A stretch of 62,914 nucleotides of DNA, filler included, from Bigelowiella natans CCMP2755 (GCA_000320545.1; 8 parts of 8 records of this genome joined end to end with filler, not necessarily neighbours in it), one strand, 5' to 3'; shown: positions 36,780 through 50,328, numbered from the whole stretch's first letter. Notes: generated from the letters alone by a model not told the origin. Translations and numbers: made by a program.

Positions 36780-37065
36780 CTAGATGTGTTGTTTGTGTAT
36801 GCAGGATTCTCTACGGAAAGTCTAACCTCGCATTTTCCGAAATCTTCCGTCTTTTTAGGGATCTAATCTTCCGATCTGGACCGTGAGTTTCGCGTTGTTA
36901 CCGCTCGCGATGTACTACAATGGCGCACTTGCCAAAAAAACTAACCGAGTCGATAGATGGATTTTCTTCCATACTCTCTGGCATCTTTTTGGCGGAGTGT
37001 TATGCGCATTCTTCACGTATATGCTTCGGTACGTGTATCATGTCGGCGATCCGGCATATAGTTGA
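35885..37065 (+). CDS. CREST-superfamily-like multi-pass membrane protein (multi-exon)
   Basis: Hydrophobic helices carrying FLSVSADY, HGLDRIFA and WIFFHTLWHLFGG; these match the CREST pattern SxxxH / D / HxxxH, with the first His replaced by Asp. Confidence 0.6.
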
Positions 37066-37192
37066 TAATGACAAACATAACACGCGTACGGCTTTTAGGT
37101 AAATGTTTATTGATGTATTCCGTTGTCCCTCTCTGCAAAACACTGTTATGATACGATTAGACGCCAGCAGGGGACATTTTGCATGCACATAA

Positions 37193-37571
37193 GAGACGGA
37201 TGTAACGAATTGATTAAATATTTTCAATGGTCATCACATATGAGCAATATCATAAAACTATACTTACTATGCAAGCCTCCTCGCCTGCTGCCTAGCATGT
37301 GATATGATGAAGCAACAGCAGCGCGCATGTCTATATGCTGCAATTGCGAGCGGGGTCATTGACGAGTACGCGCACCTTGCTACGTATCGTAGAGCCACAT
37401 GTGTGCATAATAGATGCAATACAATATTTAATAATGCGCATGCAAAATACGCAAACAATATAATAAGCTATTAAGCATTGTACCCGCAGCAGCCTAGCAG
37501 CTAGCAGCACTAGAGCATTAATTGTTTAGCAATACATTAGGGTGAGCATCAAAAATGATTACATCCGTCTC
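37193..37571. mobile_element. MITE-like non-autonomous element with terminal inverted repeats
   Basis: GAGACGGATGTAA (37193-37205) and its exact reverse complement TTACATCCGTCTC (37559-37571) bound ~380 bp of non-coding sequence. Confidence 0.7.
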
Positions 37572-38127
37572 ATAATTCATCTATTACGTACTCCCATCTC
37601 ATAATGGACGCGCTAGCTAGCCAGCGTGCAATGCTAAAGTGCGTGCATGTTCATCAGATGATCGACGGCTATGATGAGTCATACGCGTTTATTTTAGCGT
37701 TCGTAGTGGAAATGTGCCAGCCAAAGCAAAGAAGAGCACATTCTAGAGATGATGCGTAGCATGACAATAGACATACGTACACACATGTGCAAATAATACG
37801 CTTGATATTTGTTGTCGTACATACTTGCGTGGAGCCATTCTAGCATTGCGCGTGGTCGTTGCCTCGGTCAGCGCTTCCGACCGTCATACGCAAAAATGAG
37901 CTAGCCATGTAAGATTCATCTAGATCGATATAGACACGCAAACCACGCTTTACTTGCTGCTTTAGATGATGCCACTCCTGTATGCGTGTCTAGGCGTTGG
38001 GCGTGCTAGCGTGCTCTGATTATTTCTGATACCTGCTGTTTAGCTGTGCTTGTACACTGCACGCATAAGTTTTTGATTCTAATAATAATAATAATGAATA
38101 ATTTTAGCACTGGAGCATTCCAACAAG

Positions 38128-38179
<52 letters not shown>

Positions 38180-38192
38180 ATATGCGCCGACG

Positions 38193-38393
38193 TCACATAA
38201 GGGTGCACGAAACACCGCCAGCATCAGCCTTCATATTCGCCAGCACAATAAGACGCCTTCGCGTGGCCTTGTGCATCAACGAGTGATGCCGATTCCTCAT
38301 CACTCCCCTCGCTTCTTGTAAAAGAGAAGGTAGCTTGCCTTCGATTGAACCGGAGCGCCCTTCGGCATCTGGCGGCAAAGTTGTCAGAATGGA
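38193..38393 (-). CDS. Probable terminal exon ending in a CaaX motif (CTLM*)
   Basis: CTAG acceptor, 201-nt phase-0 reading SILTTLPPDAEG...ADAGGVSCTLM*. Confidence 0.4.
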   Translation of the reverse strand, partial: SILTTLPPDAEGRSGSIEGKLPSLLQEARGVMRNRHHSLMHKATRRRLIVLANMKADAGGVSCTLM

Positions 38394-38413
38394 CTAGGGT
38401 GGTGTGGTGGAGG

Positions 38414-38447
<34 letters not shown>

Positions 38448-38717
38448 AACGAATTTTTTGATGATGCGCATGTAAACAACCCCACTCCACAGGAAGTAAG
38501 GTTTCATGTTTTCATCGATATGTGTACACATATATAAAATAAATAGATATGAGAACAAACATTATTTGCGGGTTTGAGAAAGATTTATGAGAGAAAAGGA
38601 AAGGGTTAACGTACTTTTGCCACTAAAGAGTCGTCAAAATTATACCACTGCCCGCCTAAATGAATGGGGGGGGGGGGGGAGGGAGATAGGTATCAGAAAA
38701 AGGAGGTTTATAGCGAT

Positions 38718-38817
38718 NNNNNNNNNNNNNNNNNNNNNNNNNNNNNNNNNNNNNNNNNNNNTTAATTAATTAANNNNNNNNNNNNNNNNNNNNNNNNNNN
38801 NNNNNNNNNNNNNNNNN
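38718..38817. other. Artificial assembly spacer
   Basis: 44 N + TTAATTAATTAA + 44 N. Confidence 0.97.
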
Positions 38818-38847
38818 ACGTTACTTACGTTACGTTACGTACGTTAC

Positions 38848-38902
<55 letters not shown>

Positions 38903-38973
38903 AGGGGGGAAGTGGATTTGCCTCTCGTTTAATTTTGTAGTTTGCGCGAAATTAGAAAGCTGCTGCACACGAC

Positions 38974-39508
38974 CGTGTTCCGGTGCGCGAGAAGGCAGAT
39001 GCTGCAGGAGGGGTCCTGGATTTGATCAGCGGCAGTTTCATCCTTACAAAAGCGTGAAACAGAAATGTCAGTGCAGTGTCGGTGCTCGACGGTGCAGCAT
39101 ACATGCATCATCATCGTCATCATCATCATCATCATCATCATCAGTCGTCATCGTCGTCATCATCACCATCACCTCCAGCACAAGGTTTCCAACATCTATC
39201 GAACAACTCTGCAGCATCAAATAAGTATTACTGGTCTTCCTTATAGGGCGAGGTAATGATGCTCACAAAACGCCTAAATCTGCGTGTTCGCGTCCGCTGA
39301 TTGGTCCAAAATGGGGACAGGCAAAGGAGGAAAGAGGGGGGTTAAAACAGGCATGGATTCCGTAGAGAGGACCCTCTCCGACATTACGCATGTTACCAAA
39401 CATCAGTTGTTGCTTGTGATGAGCGGCTGCTAGTCTCTCTCATTAGCGTGAGAAAACTTCGGAAAGACTACACATCAGCATTGGTGTTTCTTGTGTGGCA
39501 CTTTCATG

Positions 39509-39545
<37 letters not shown>

Positions 39546-40083
39546 TGGTAGTAGTAGTAAGTGTGGACAAAGAGCACATTGCTGTAGATCGAGTGCCAAC
39601 ACGCACACTAACCAATCAGCGCACAAACGGACCTTTTCATCGGAGAAGAATGAGAGAACTAGCCGTACTTCGGCATTAGTCGAAATCTAACATAACGATG
39701 GCAAAGCAGGGAGGTGGGGAGAGAACAGGGCGACAGGTAAATCAGGCGTTGTACCGCACACAATCTCCTCCCCCCCCCTCCCCCCATCCTTCTTTGTCTT
39801 TCTACTATATATTGATTAAGTTGAGAGAAGAGACGCTGATTTAGAGACTGACCATTTTTAGGATTTCTTCGATATCCAGCATTGAGTTCTACGTGTTTTT
39901 GCACACGCATATGAGAGCTTTCCCAGAAAAAGGAGAAAGAGCTTCATTCACATTCGCTCATCGCTTTTTTTTTTTTTTAAATGCAATACACGACGAACTA
40001 TACTCTATCTCAATTCTTCTTATCTTTTGTTTCTGGCTGCGTGTTCACTTACATTTGTCAATATTCAATGTGCTTCCGCGCGG

Positions 40084-40114
<31 letters not shown>

Positions 40115-40405
40115 TGTGTGTGCAACTGTTTGTGCGTACTTTATCGGTATCCGCCTCATCAAACGTCTTATCAGCTAAAGCTTCCATATCGCTGTTCGTA
40201 CGAAATCAAGCCAAATCATAAATGTGTGTATGATGTGTCTCTACGCATTGGTTCCCCTCTCCTCCTCCCCCTCCCTATAAGCAACGGACAACAGCACTGT
40301 ACCGTTTCAGAGATACGGGTGTGGGATGACCCGTCATCTGGCAGAGGCCTTTGCACATTGCCTGAAAAATGGAATGAGAGAGGAAAGTTTGAAATACAAG
40401 GCTGT

Positions 40406-40443
<38 letters not shown>

Positions 40444-40477
40444 TTCATTTATATAAGAGGTATATTAATAATATATA

Positions 40478-40518
<41 letters not shown>

Positions 40519-40890
40519 TATTTACGTGTTCAAACAGCATGGATTATATAATTTTCAATTTCTCTCTGCTCTTGGTATTAGTTATGATGAATAAGTGCCG
40601 CTGTTGCTTTTTCATCCATCGTCGTTGTCGCTCAGGTGTTATTTATTGTTTCGAGGAGGAGATTCTCCAACCTGGAACATGATCGTTAGCTCTAGCTTGG
40701 AGATCGACCTATTACGTGCTCAATAAAGTCAATTCGTGTTGGCTGACGACGACTGCAAAAATCAGAGTTGTTGGGATCGTTCTACTGTATATGTTTAAGG
40801 TTGTAACAACACGTCGTCTGACACCAAAGGTCTTTCGTGTCTTGCCATATACCAATGCACGGGAAAGATGGTATTTATCAGATAATCTCT

Positions 40891-40937
<47 letters not shown>

Positions 40938-40978
40938 TATATAATTGGTTGAGTAAATATGTTAAGTAATGTTGGGGA

Positions 40979-41053
<75 letters not shown>

Positions 41054-41382
41054 GGATGGAAGCTCAAATACTGATGCCTTTTTTGTTAATTTTTGAATGT
41101 CCCAGCTAATGCTAATGTTTTCTCCCGATCTTCTTCGCACCCGTTCTTATCGAAATCGAACATTTTAAAGCCGTGCCGAACCTGTAAGCGTGCATAAAAT
41201 CTTACGCATACTTTTCTAACCCCCTGTTCCCCCCCCCCCCCCTCTCTCTCGCCCCCCCCTTCTTCGTAGCAGTGATATAGGCGTCTTTAGTGCTAATCCA
41301 AGTGCCGTTGTTTTCGCGTTCTTTCATACTTTTCTCTTTATTTCCCCGCGACAGACTAAGAAGAGGCCTGCAGATGTTAGAA

Positions 41383-41421
<39 letters not shown>

Positions 41422-42219
41422 AGATTAGCTTGGGCTAAGAACGAGAAGGGCGCTTAAGGGGGGTTAGTACTCATTCAAATGAGATCTACGGCAAAATTGT
41501 TTGTCAATTAGCTAGTGTGCAGCATTTGAGAGTGCGTGTAGGCAATCTTTGAATCTGTGCATATGCGTACACAAACTACCGGAGAAGAAAGTGAGAAGGT
41601 CTATCTTGTCGGTTCGGATCTGAAGAGAATTCAACAGCAGCGCCATTTCGCGCACAGAGAGCGGAGGGCGGGTGAGTGCACGAGGTCGCAAGTGGAATTG
41701 GGGAAAGTAAACGATAAACTATGATCGGGACCTTCTGCTCCTGTTGCTGCTTTGTAATTCCGCTCCAGATGTTATTCACCTCCCCGAGGTCCATCTCCTA
41801 ATCGAAGAGTGTGCAAAACATGGATGGTTATAAAACATGGCCGGGGCGGAGTATTCGGAGTTGCACTGTTTTCACATTTTCCCTGCCAACTGACTAGGTA
41901 TACTCTAAGAGAGAGGGGAGAGGAAAGAATAGATTAACAGCACGAACCCTGAGGATTTTGCGCAAAGTGTCCTTGCCGCAGAAAAATGTCTTTGTTCCGA
42001 ATTTCCCCCCAGATATCTACGATGATCGATGGAGTGAAGATCAGCGTATTATTTACGTCGCAAAATAAAGGAGCACTATTTTCACATCCACCTAATCGCA
42101 TAGCATCGTCGTGCAAATAGGAAAAAAATAGTTTGTATGCACGCACCCTTTCGAATCTCCTTATTATCCGCCACACCATTTCGATATCCCAGCTTACAAA
42201 CTTCAGGAACCTATCATAT

Positions 42220-42270
<51 letters not shown>

Positions 42271-42340
42271 GTTCGCTCAAAGCCATGTGGTTTCGAAACC
42301 TGTGCCCAACATGGGAGGGGATAGTAAGCATGTTCCCCAT
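38974..42340 (-). CDS. N-myristoylated calcineurin-B/NCS-like EF-hand protein with C-terminal extension (multi-exon, runs toward the gap)
   Basis: MGNMLT start; IDLLTFFSG|LFLVCRGEIKRK|VRHGFKMFDFDKNG|SISKLEL (EF-hand); LADKTFDEADTDK|NSMLDIEEI (EF-hand). Confidence 0.82.
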
Positions 42341-42474
42341 CTTTTTTGCTTGATTTTATCGTCACTGAAGACGGCTTCTTCCTCCTTTTTTCGTACTACT
42401 TTCAGTCAACCTTGACGAATAATACATATGTTTCAGATGCTGTTGACATTTATACGCGCATATAATGTATATTA

Positions 42475-42514
<40 letters not shown>

Positions 42515-43446
42515 CCCGTCTTCTTCATCAGCACAGTGATAGAATTATAACATAATCAGCATATATTTCTAAGCTCTACCCAATCCGAAAGTGATTGCGG
42601 CACTTACTATCTAAATATTCCGTCGTCTGTAAGACACATATGCTTGGATGTAAGTCTCACAAAATTGCAGATGATTTACATCGCTGAGATGTGCTGTTAT
42701 CATTCTGCGTATGGTTGGGGGGGGGGGTTTACTTTGCGGTAGCTTGATGTTCACAAAGAGAAACGATCTCTAAGAGCAAAGAGAACCTTCAACACAACAA
42801 ACTGTTTGATGTTCGCACAGCTTCGAAAAACATCGAATTCTATTTTGTATGTGCAAGGAACAGATCTAATTTTGAGTGGATGATGCGTACCCAGACCAGA
42901 ATAGTGTTCACCAGAACCAGAACTGGGGGGGGGGGGACGGCTCAGGGAATCGGCATTCGCTTGTCGGAGCACGTCGAGGTGTGATCAAGCAGAAACGCCA
43001 CAAATGGGTATTTTCGTCTGAGACAAGAACGTAATTCGTTGTCGTAGATACATAAATACAGAGCATTTGTAATCTACCGATAACATCGTACAGACGACAA
43101 TGTCGTACTCATGTCGCGCGCAATTTAGATAAGATCGTGTTCGGGGCCAGCCCGTCCTGGCATCTGTATCAGACGACACGCTCTCTGCGTGATTTTTTGG
43201 ACCAAAGTGTAGTGCAGTTTTCCCGACGTGATCCTTCCGGTTTCCTCAGATTGGTCTACGACACGAGAAAATTAAGACGCGTAGCAACTTTGCCGAAATG
43301 TGTAGCGAAGAACCGAGAAAAACTCCGAGTAGGCATAAATACAGGCTGTATTTGTCGTACGACATGAAAACCCAGGAGAAAATAAAAGGCGTTCCCCTTA
43401 CGACGTCAGACTTAGGGACAACGTCTGCTCGTTCCCCCTTGAGCGC

Positions 43447-43490
<44 letters not shown>

Positions 43491-43491
43491 G

Positions 43492-44267
43492 ATGAGCGAG
43501 AAACTGGACGAGAAGGATTGCATTCCTATCTTTAAGGCACTGCAGGCGGATAACCCTCTAGACAGGGTAAACAGACTGCCAAATGTACATGTACGTCACA
43601 CAATGGACCCTGGCCTTTCCTGTCGTAGTTTGCTCGCTGACGAACCACGAAGGAACGCTGCCGTGGCTTTGTGATGAATTTCCATGCCGAACGCCCCATC
43701 GTCCCTGAGATCACTGTCTTTCGTCTAATCTAGAAATGCTTCGACTGCCCGGCTAAGAATCCAACCTGGACCAGCATTCCATTAGGTAGGAGGAGGACGG
43801 CGATCCGTGTTCTGTTCTGGCGCGTTGAAATCCAAATTGAAACATATACTACCCATGTTATGTGGGTAGAAGAATAAAGAGCTGCTATCATCGCGTCCCC
43901 CTAACGAAACACATGCTCAATAGGCATATACCTCTGCATCGATTGCTCGGCAGAGCACCGGAGGATGGGCGTCCACATCTCCTTCGTCAAATCAACCACT
44001 TTAGATAAATGGCGAAAGGACCAGGTCGATTTCTTCAAACAGTTCTAAATCAGTATTGTGTAACCATGTTAAATAACCGGTTTGCTGTGGTTATACACAT
44101 TCAGCTTCGAATGATGGTGGCGGGAGGCAATAGAAATGCACTGAAGTTCTTTAAGGAAGTCAGGCCAAGATTGATAACATATTTGCAACCCTAGCAACTC
44201 TCCTTCTCTCCTCTCCCCCCCTCTTCTCATTTGTCTGCACGAAGGCGCTATTTTACACTTCGCTCAA

Positions 44268-44300
<33 letters not shown>

Positions 44301-44886
44301 GTGTATGTGCATATCACAGCGCGGAATGACGATGAGAGGCGTAGACCGGAAATCGAAGTATACGAGTAAAACGGCAAATTTGTACAAGAAGTATCTGAAG
44401 AGGCAAGCCAACTCGCAAGAAGTTGTTGGCCGATTGGAGGATATTCTGCAAAGGCATGTAGCAAAGAAACAAGATCAGGAGGAGTCGTCTAGTGGGCTGA
44501 CAGGGATGGATGCATTCATGGGACAATTCATGAAGAAGGTGCAATGCGAATCACCACCACCACCACCACCATAGCACCACCAATAAGAGTAGAAGCAGTA
44601 TTAGGATGGCACCAAAGAATACAAATCTTTGCACGCTGAGAAAGATGATGATGAAGAAATTGGCGATGCAGATAGAGACGGCGACAATACACGAACGATG
44701 AATTTGTAACGCTCCTTGAGTGTCTTCCCCCCCTCCTCTTATCTGTGAGTCATCGAGTTTTAATGTCCGCCGTACCATCGGCTTCTTCTTCCTCCTCCTC
44801 CTCAACATCCTTAGGCTAGCTTAGAAGATGGGAACACAGTTCCAGCAGCGAAACCAACGACAACCGTCAAGAAGCAGAGTGCGATC

Positions 44887-44921
<35 letters not shown>

Positions 44922-46482
44922 CATATTCTAATATGTCTCCTCCCCCCCCCTTCCAAAAGTACACCACCTTCATGCAGGGTATTGGTTGATTATTGGGATT
45001 AGGTGGGGCGAGCGTCTCGAAGGGGGTGCCAAAGAAGGCCGAGAGCGGTGTGAAGTCATCGGCGGCCTCGTCTGCTGTAACTGGGGCAGCTGGTAAGAAC
45101 ATGTGAAAGCGTCCATGTGTTGAAAAGAAAGTTTCGGAAAGATCACAATTCTCCATATTACAAAACAGGGAAGTTAATAATGATTTCTCTGCACTACTGC
45201 TTTCAAAACACACAAGTTGGCCGAACCTTTGACTCATTAGTTTCTCATTCTTGATAATCGCCGCCCCCGACCCTACTCAGGCGCCAAGAACAACTCGGAG
45301 ACGAAGGAGGGATCCTCCTGGGGTAAGGGAATATACGAATATACATAATATGAATACCTATAAACATTGAGTGTGTTTATGTGCGTGTGTGCGTGTGTGC
45401 GTGGAAAGTTGAGAATAAAAGAGCCTATCTAGTTATAATATGGAATAGATGAATGAACCACGATGCCAATGTGCGGTTAAGCCAGTGGTAACACAGCAGC
45501 AGTAGTGATTTAGCAGCTTCATAAAAAGGCACTGAGATCGGTGATGAAGACCCCTCGACATAATATTGCTGTTGTCACATCCACAGACGACGATGACCTG
45601 GACCTGAAAGGCATGCTAGATAGGCCTTCTTCGATGCCTCCTGCTGCTGGAACAGCAACAACCTCGTCCTCTTCCTTGCGAAGGTACTGCAGAGCCGACG
45701 AGTCAGATGAAAAGTGTAGTCATAAATGTTCCGCATCATCATCATCATCACAGTAACCTTTTCATGCGTGATACTACTTCCAGTGGTGGCCAGCGGCTGT
45801 CCACGAAGTCACTGTTGTCGTCCACGCGCCGCTCCGCGCGCTCCTCGAAGTCGTCGAAGTCGATCCTCTCAATCGCCAGTAGGAAGGGGGGGGGGCTGAA
45901 GGTATGAAGATGAAAGGAATCGTTCAACATAAATGGGGAGGGGGGGTGCACCGACGTGGAGGCTAGGGACCAAAACAACCATGTTCTATAACGGCTGATG
46001 AGTACACATTCCCCCACAACAGATGTCCCGACAAATCAGTGCCCCACCTTCCGTCACGACAACATCGACCACGACGTCGACGTCACAGCAGCCAAAGCCA
46101 ACGCCATTGGTAGGACAAGATCACGGGGAGGGGGGGGGGGGAAGGGGGGCGGAGGCAATCATATTATTTTCACATACATGGATGGGGAGGGGGGAGGAAA
46201 AAAAAGAGAGAAAGAGAGAGAGAGAGAGAGGGGGGGGGGGGGGGGGAATTTTTACCTTCAGAGGATATTTTTCATTTTCTGAAAAAGCTCTTGATTAAAT
46301 TGATGGTCAAACTTTTGCCTAAGGTTTCCTGCTTGAATTTTTTCCTGCTTGAATTTTGCACCAAATTCAAACCAAAACCAACGGTCAATTGAGCTCATAT
46401 CGACCACTGTCAGCACCTGCTCGTTCCTCACCCCTGCACAAACACGCTCGTGATGCCCTTCCAAGCAACCCCATGCACCTCA
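43492..46482 (+). CDS. ArfGAP (ArfGAP2/3-Glo3-like), truncated by gap
   Basis: [18 protein letters not shown]|[29 protein letters not shown] (C-x2-C-x16-C-x2-C-x4-R), [24 protein letters not shown], then a low-complexity region. Confidence 0.92.
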
Positions 46483-46582
46483 NNNNNNNNNNNNNNNNNN
46501 NNNNNNNNNNNNNNNNNNNNNNNNNNTTAATTAATTAANNNNNNNNNNNNNNNNNNNNNNNNNNNNNNNNNNNNNNNNNNNN
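46483..46582. other. Artificial assembly spacer
   Basis: 44 N + TTAATTAATTAA + 44 N. Confidence 0.97.
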
Positions 46583-46682
46583 TTGAGTTTGAGAGAGAGA
46601 GAGAGGACAAGTAAGTCTAATACGTAATATTCTTCTATCAATGGGGTTAATGCTCTGTGCACCCACACACACATTGACTCAC

Positions 46683-47262
46683 CTCGACTTCAGCTTTTAC
46701 TTGCATGAACGTGTCATAGTTACCACCTAGAGAAACAGCAAAAGGAGGAGGAGGAGGAGGAGGAGGAGGAGGAGGAGGAGGGGAGAATAAAAGAGAAAGC
46801 AAAAAGGAAATTATAATCAAAAACTAGAAAGACGCCAAGCAACACGAGGTGATGGAGAAGCAGCAGCTCAAGACGACGACGGTGGAGTTTATAGTAAGAA
46901 ATGAATGATATTGATGATGATGAAAATCGAGAAGGGCAAGAGAAGACAAATAGAGAAGATTTTTGAGGAACTAGGAAGGAGGCAGGTCTATTCTAACCGT
47001 AGTATTTGAGTGTTTTCTTCGGAGTGATATGGCAGATATTCGTGCAGACGCCGTTGAGGAAGTCTTGCGAGTGAGAAACGAGGACGAGGCATTGGTTCTC
47101 GCCTGGATTATTATCAATCGGTGATAACGATAACGATGACGAGAATGAGGAGGAGGAGGAGGGGGAGGGGGAGGGAGAATACGTGTTTGCAGTTTTCAAA
47201 GTGTCATACTGCAATTTTGAATATACCGTACAAAAATACTAACTTCCATAATATCCATTTTC

Positions 47263-47294
<32 letters not shown>

Positions 47295-48112
47295 CTTCTT
47301 TTAATCTTCTCATCGTTCGTACTCACATTCAGTCGCAAGATACTGCTCAAGCCACACGCACGATTCGAGGTCCTGCGATAAGACACGATGGATGATACAG
47401 CCGTAGCATATCAAGAACAACTCAAAAGGACAAGCGACTATGATGATTTTGTGGGCCTCTCCCCCCCCCCCAACCCCCCTTGAGGGGATCGCCCTTACCA
47501 AGAGATTCGTCGGGTCATCCAAAAAACATGAGCGCGGGCTTGATAAAAGCGCCTCTGCAAGCGAGACACGCATTCGCCATCCCCCGGACATGTCCTTGGT
47601 GGCTTTTCCCATCATCTCGTCTCCAAACCCGAGACCGCGGAGGATCCTCCCAGCGCGCGCCTTGAAGGTGGAGGGGTCCAGCGTCTCGATGCGGTCATAG
47701 ATGTCTGTTTTTGCACGGCAGCGCACAATCAACGGCAGTGATTTGGCTGAGAGGGCGATGGTTGGCTTGAAGAGGAGGAAAAAAAAAAAACAAACAAAAA
47801 CAAAAAAAGAGCATCGTCCGTCCTTTCTTTATCAACTGCTATTTTACCATAATTACCTTGAAGCGTGGGAGAGTCGGGCCCTTCCTCCTCGAGGATCTCT
47901 TCCGAGAGCTTCTCGAGACGTTCCACCTCCTTCTCTGCCTTGGAGATCACGATTTCCATCCCCGTGAATTCGGTTGGCTTTTGCTCCTCGGAGAGGAGGA
48001 AAAGATCCACCCAGTCAGGAATTGGCACCTGCAATGGTAGTTGGGTGCAGCATGCACCAGAGAGAGCATCGTTTCTTAAAAAATATATTTATATATTTAC
48101 ATATTATAAATA

Positions 48113-48153
<41 letters not shown>

Positions 48154-48936
48154 GGCTAACAACGAGTCTCTCAAGATGAGACGCTGGAGTTTTCTCTTAA
48201 GACAACGATGGTGGCATGGAGGTTACTACAAGAACTTCAACGACGGATTCATAGCAAGCATGTATTTCGCCTCTATTTACCCACCTCACGGTTGGCAATG
48301 CACTTCAGGAACTCAGACTTTCCACTGCCGTTGCGTCCGATAAGACCGTATCGACCTAGGGGATTTGAAATTATGATGAACATGCTCAGATAAAATATGC
48401 CATTGTATCATGCTTTTACACCATTTTTTAGCTTAGATAGTTACGTCCGATGGTAAGCTCAATGTTGGTGTCCATGATGAGTTCATTTCCCTGCGAACAT
48501 TCGTAGGACAATCATAAATAAACAGCAGTATCGAGGCACATTCCCCCACTTGCCGTCAACGCCCCTCCCTCCCCCCTCTTCTCATTCTCACCCGCATTGC
48601 AGTTATGATTTAAAGATGTCTACCCATGAGATCAAACTGAAGGATCCGATTTTGATGTCGCGAGCCAATTTTCGGGATGTAAGGACACCAGTGACCTACC
48701 ACATCGTATTCGTCAATGGAGGGGATGAGGGGGGACATTCAAATGCTCCTCGCGAGGGAAAACTGATGTTTGTACCGATCGATACGAGTCTTTCGTCTCC
48801 ACCTTCTTCAAGATAACCTTTTTCTTGTTCCTCTTGGCTTCTAACTCGGCCTTCTCAGTAGTCATCGGAAAATATGGAATATCACCCATTTAGAGAGACG
48901 CAGACTCACATGAACACACACACACACAAACACACT

Positions 48937-48977
<41 letters not shown>

Positions 48978-49138
48978 CCACATGCGCGCTGAAAACACAG
49001 CACAAACACAGTACATATGCTACAATGCCTGCTTATAAGATCTAACAATTATCAAATAATATGTAATCACGTCTAGACCTTCTTCTTGGCTTTCGCAGCA
49101 TCGATTTTTCTTTGTTTTGCAGACTTCTTCTTTCCCAT
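46683..49138 (-). CDS. ABCF2: ABC-F family soluble ATPase, ABCF2/Arb1-like (first NBD; remainder lost at gap)
   Basis: MGKKKSAK...; [21 protein letters not shown]; [13 protein letters not shown]; ILRGLGF...[16 protein letters not shown]; [12 protein letters not shown]; [18 protein letters not shown]; YYG|GNYDTF. Confidence 0.93.
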
Positions 49139-50328
49139 CTTCCTTTATCTGTGTTTTGGGGGGGGGGGAAAGGGAATGATAGCATGTTACTCATCTACCT
49201 CCGTGAAATAAGACATTTCAAAGATACACATTTGGAATACGGAAAAAAAGGAGGCAAGTGAAGCGAGGCCGCGAGCAGGCTACTACTCTCTGCATGCATG
49301 TGGCACAGGTCTTCTGCTGTTTGTGCTAGGTATACACGCATACTCAGCATGAATTAAACGTCAACTTTCTCACTTTCTCACGTAAAATAAAAGAGATTGA
49401 GAAAGATAATTTCAGAAAAACAAAAGTACTCTTCCCCTATCGGCACAAACAGAGGGGGGGGGGGAAAGGGTCGGGAACTTTACTTCCTCAAATATGACGG
49501 CGTTTTCTTTCCAATTCGCCGGTTCTGTGCCCTGAATTCGCACGAAATCACCACCAATTTCGTAGTGCTCCCAACATGTTCAGACTATTCTTACACCCTT
49601 TTATCAGACGTCATGATAAAACTCACTATAATTTATATAAACGACTTAAAAATATGCACATTTATACTGAAATCGGCAGCAAAATCCACGCCGAATAATT
49701 GAATATTGGGGTAGACCTTTCCCGCCCTTTTCTGACAGCTCACGTGTTTCCTGAACCCGTAGCCAGCGATTTTTTTGGTCGCAGAGACCAATCCCAATCT
49801 AATAATATGCCGGCAACAATATTTGACAACTCATTTTATGTGTACGACTTCAAAATATTTCTGTCTTTACATTGTTAATGAGCTTTTCAAGGCCATCATG
49901 TACATCGGTGTTATGATCGGAGAATACACAAATTCTTGTACATAGACATGAATTTAGTGTGGAAAGACATGAGAGTATTGTTGTCGCAAATTATTTATCC
50001 CATAGGTTAACTTAATCTGCAGTTGGTAATATTTTCTTCCTATGAATATCCAAATGATCTATTTTGCTCGGTCTACTAATGTACTTTGTATTCTAGGTGG
50101 TAGTTCTGGCACTGACAAGACTTCATACTTAGTAGTTCCACGTTTAAAATTTGCACAGGATTTATTATTGTGAGAAACCTTATTTTTTATTAGATTGGGC
50201 CAGTAATTTAGATTGCGACAACTTAACAAATCTGTCGCATTATCAAAGAATCTTCATTCGGCACGTCATCGACTTTCCCCCCCCCCCTGTATTCCAGCGC
50301 GAGTAATATCGCGTGAAATCCAGATAAG

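Noticed and set aside
38818-38852. ACGTT-like short repeat at a contig edge as a possible telomere or CRISPR repeat
   Set aside because: Only a few degenerate units merging into (GA)n; no spacers, no cas genes, not a G-rich telomere motif.
47500-47550. ABCF2 Walker B region reading [17 protein letters not shown], suggesting a dead ATPase or pseudogene
   Set aside because: Adding one T to a T run and removing one from the next restores [11 protein letters not shown]. Compensating homopolymer errors and locally poor base calls are more likely; needs a read check.
214-49138. Three ABC genes (B, G, F) as a functional cluster
   Set aside because: Different subfamilies, far apart and separated by assembly gaps; a large family, so co-occurrence is unremarkable.
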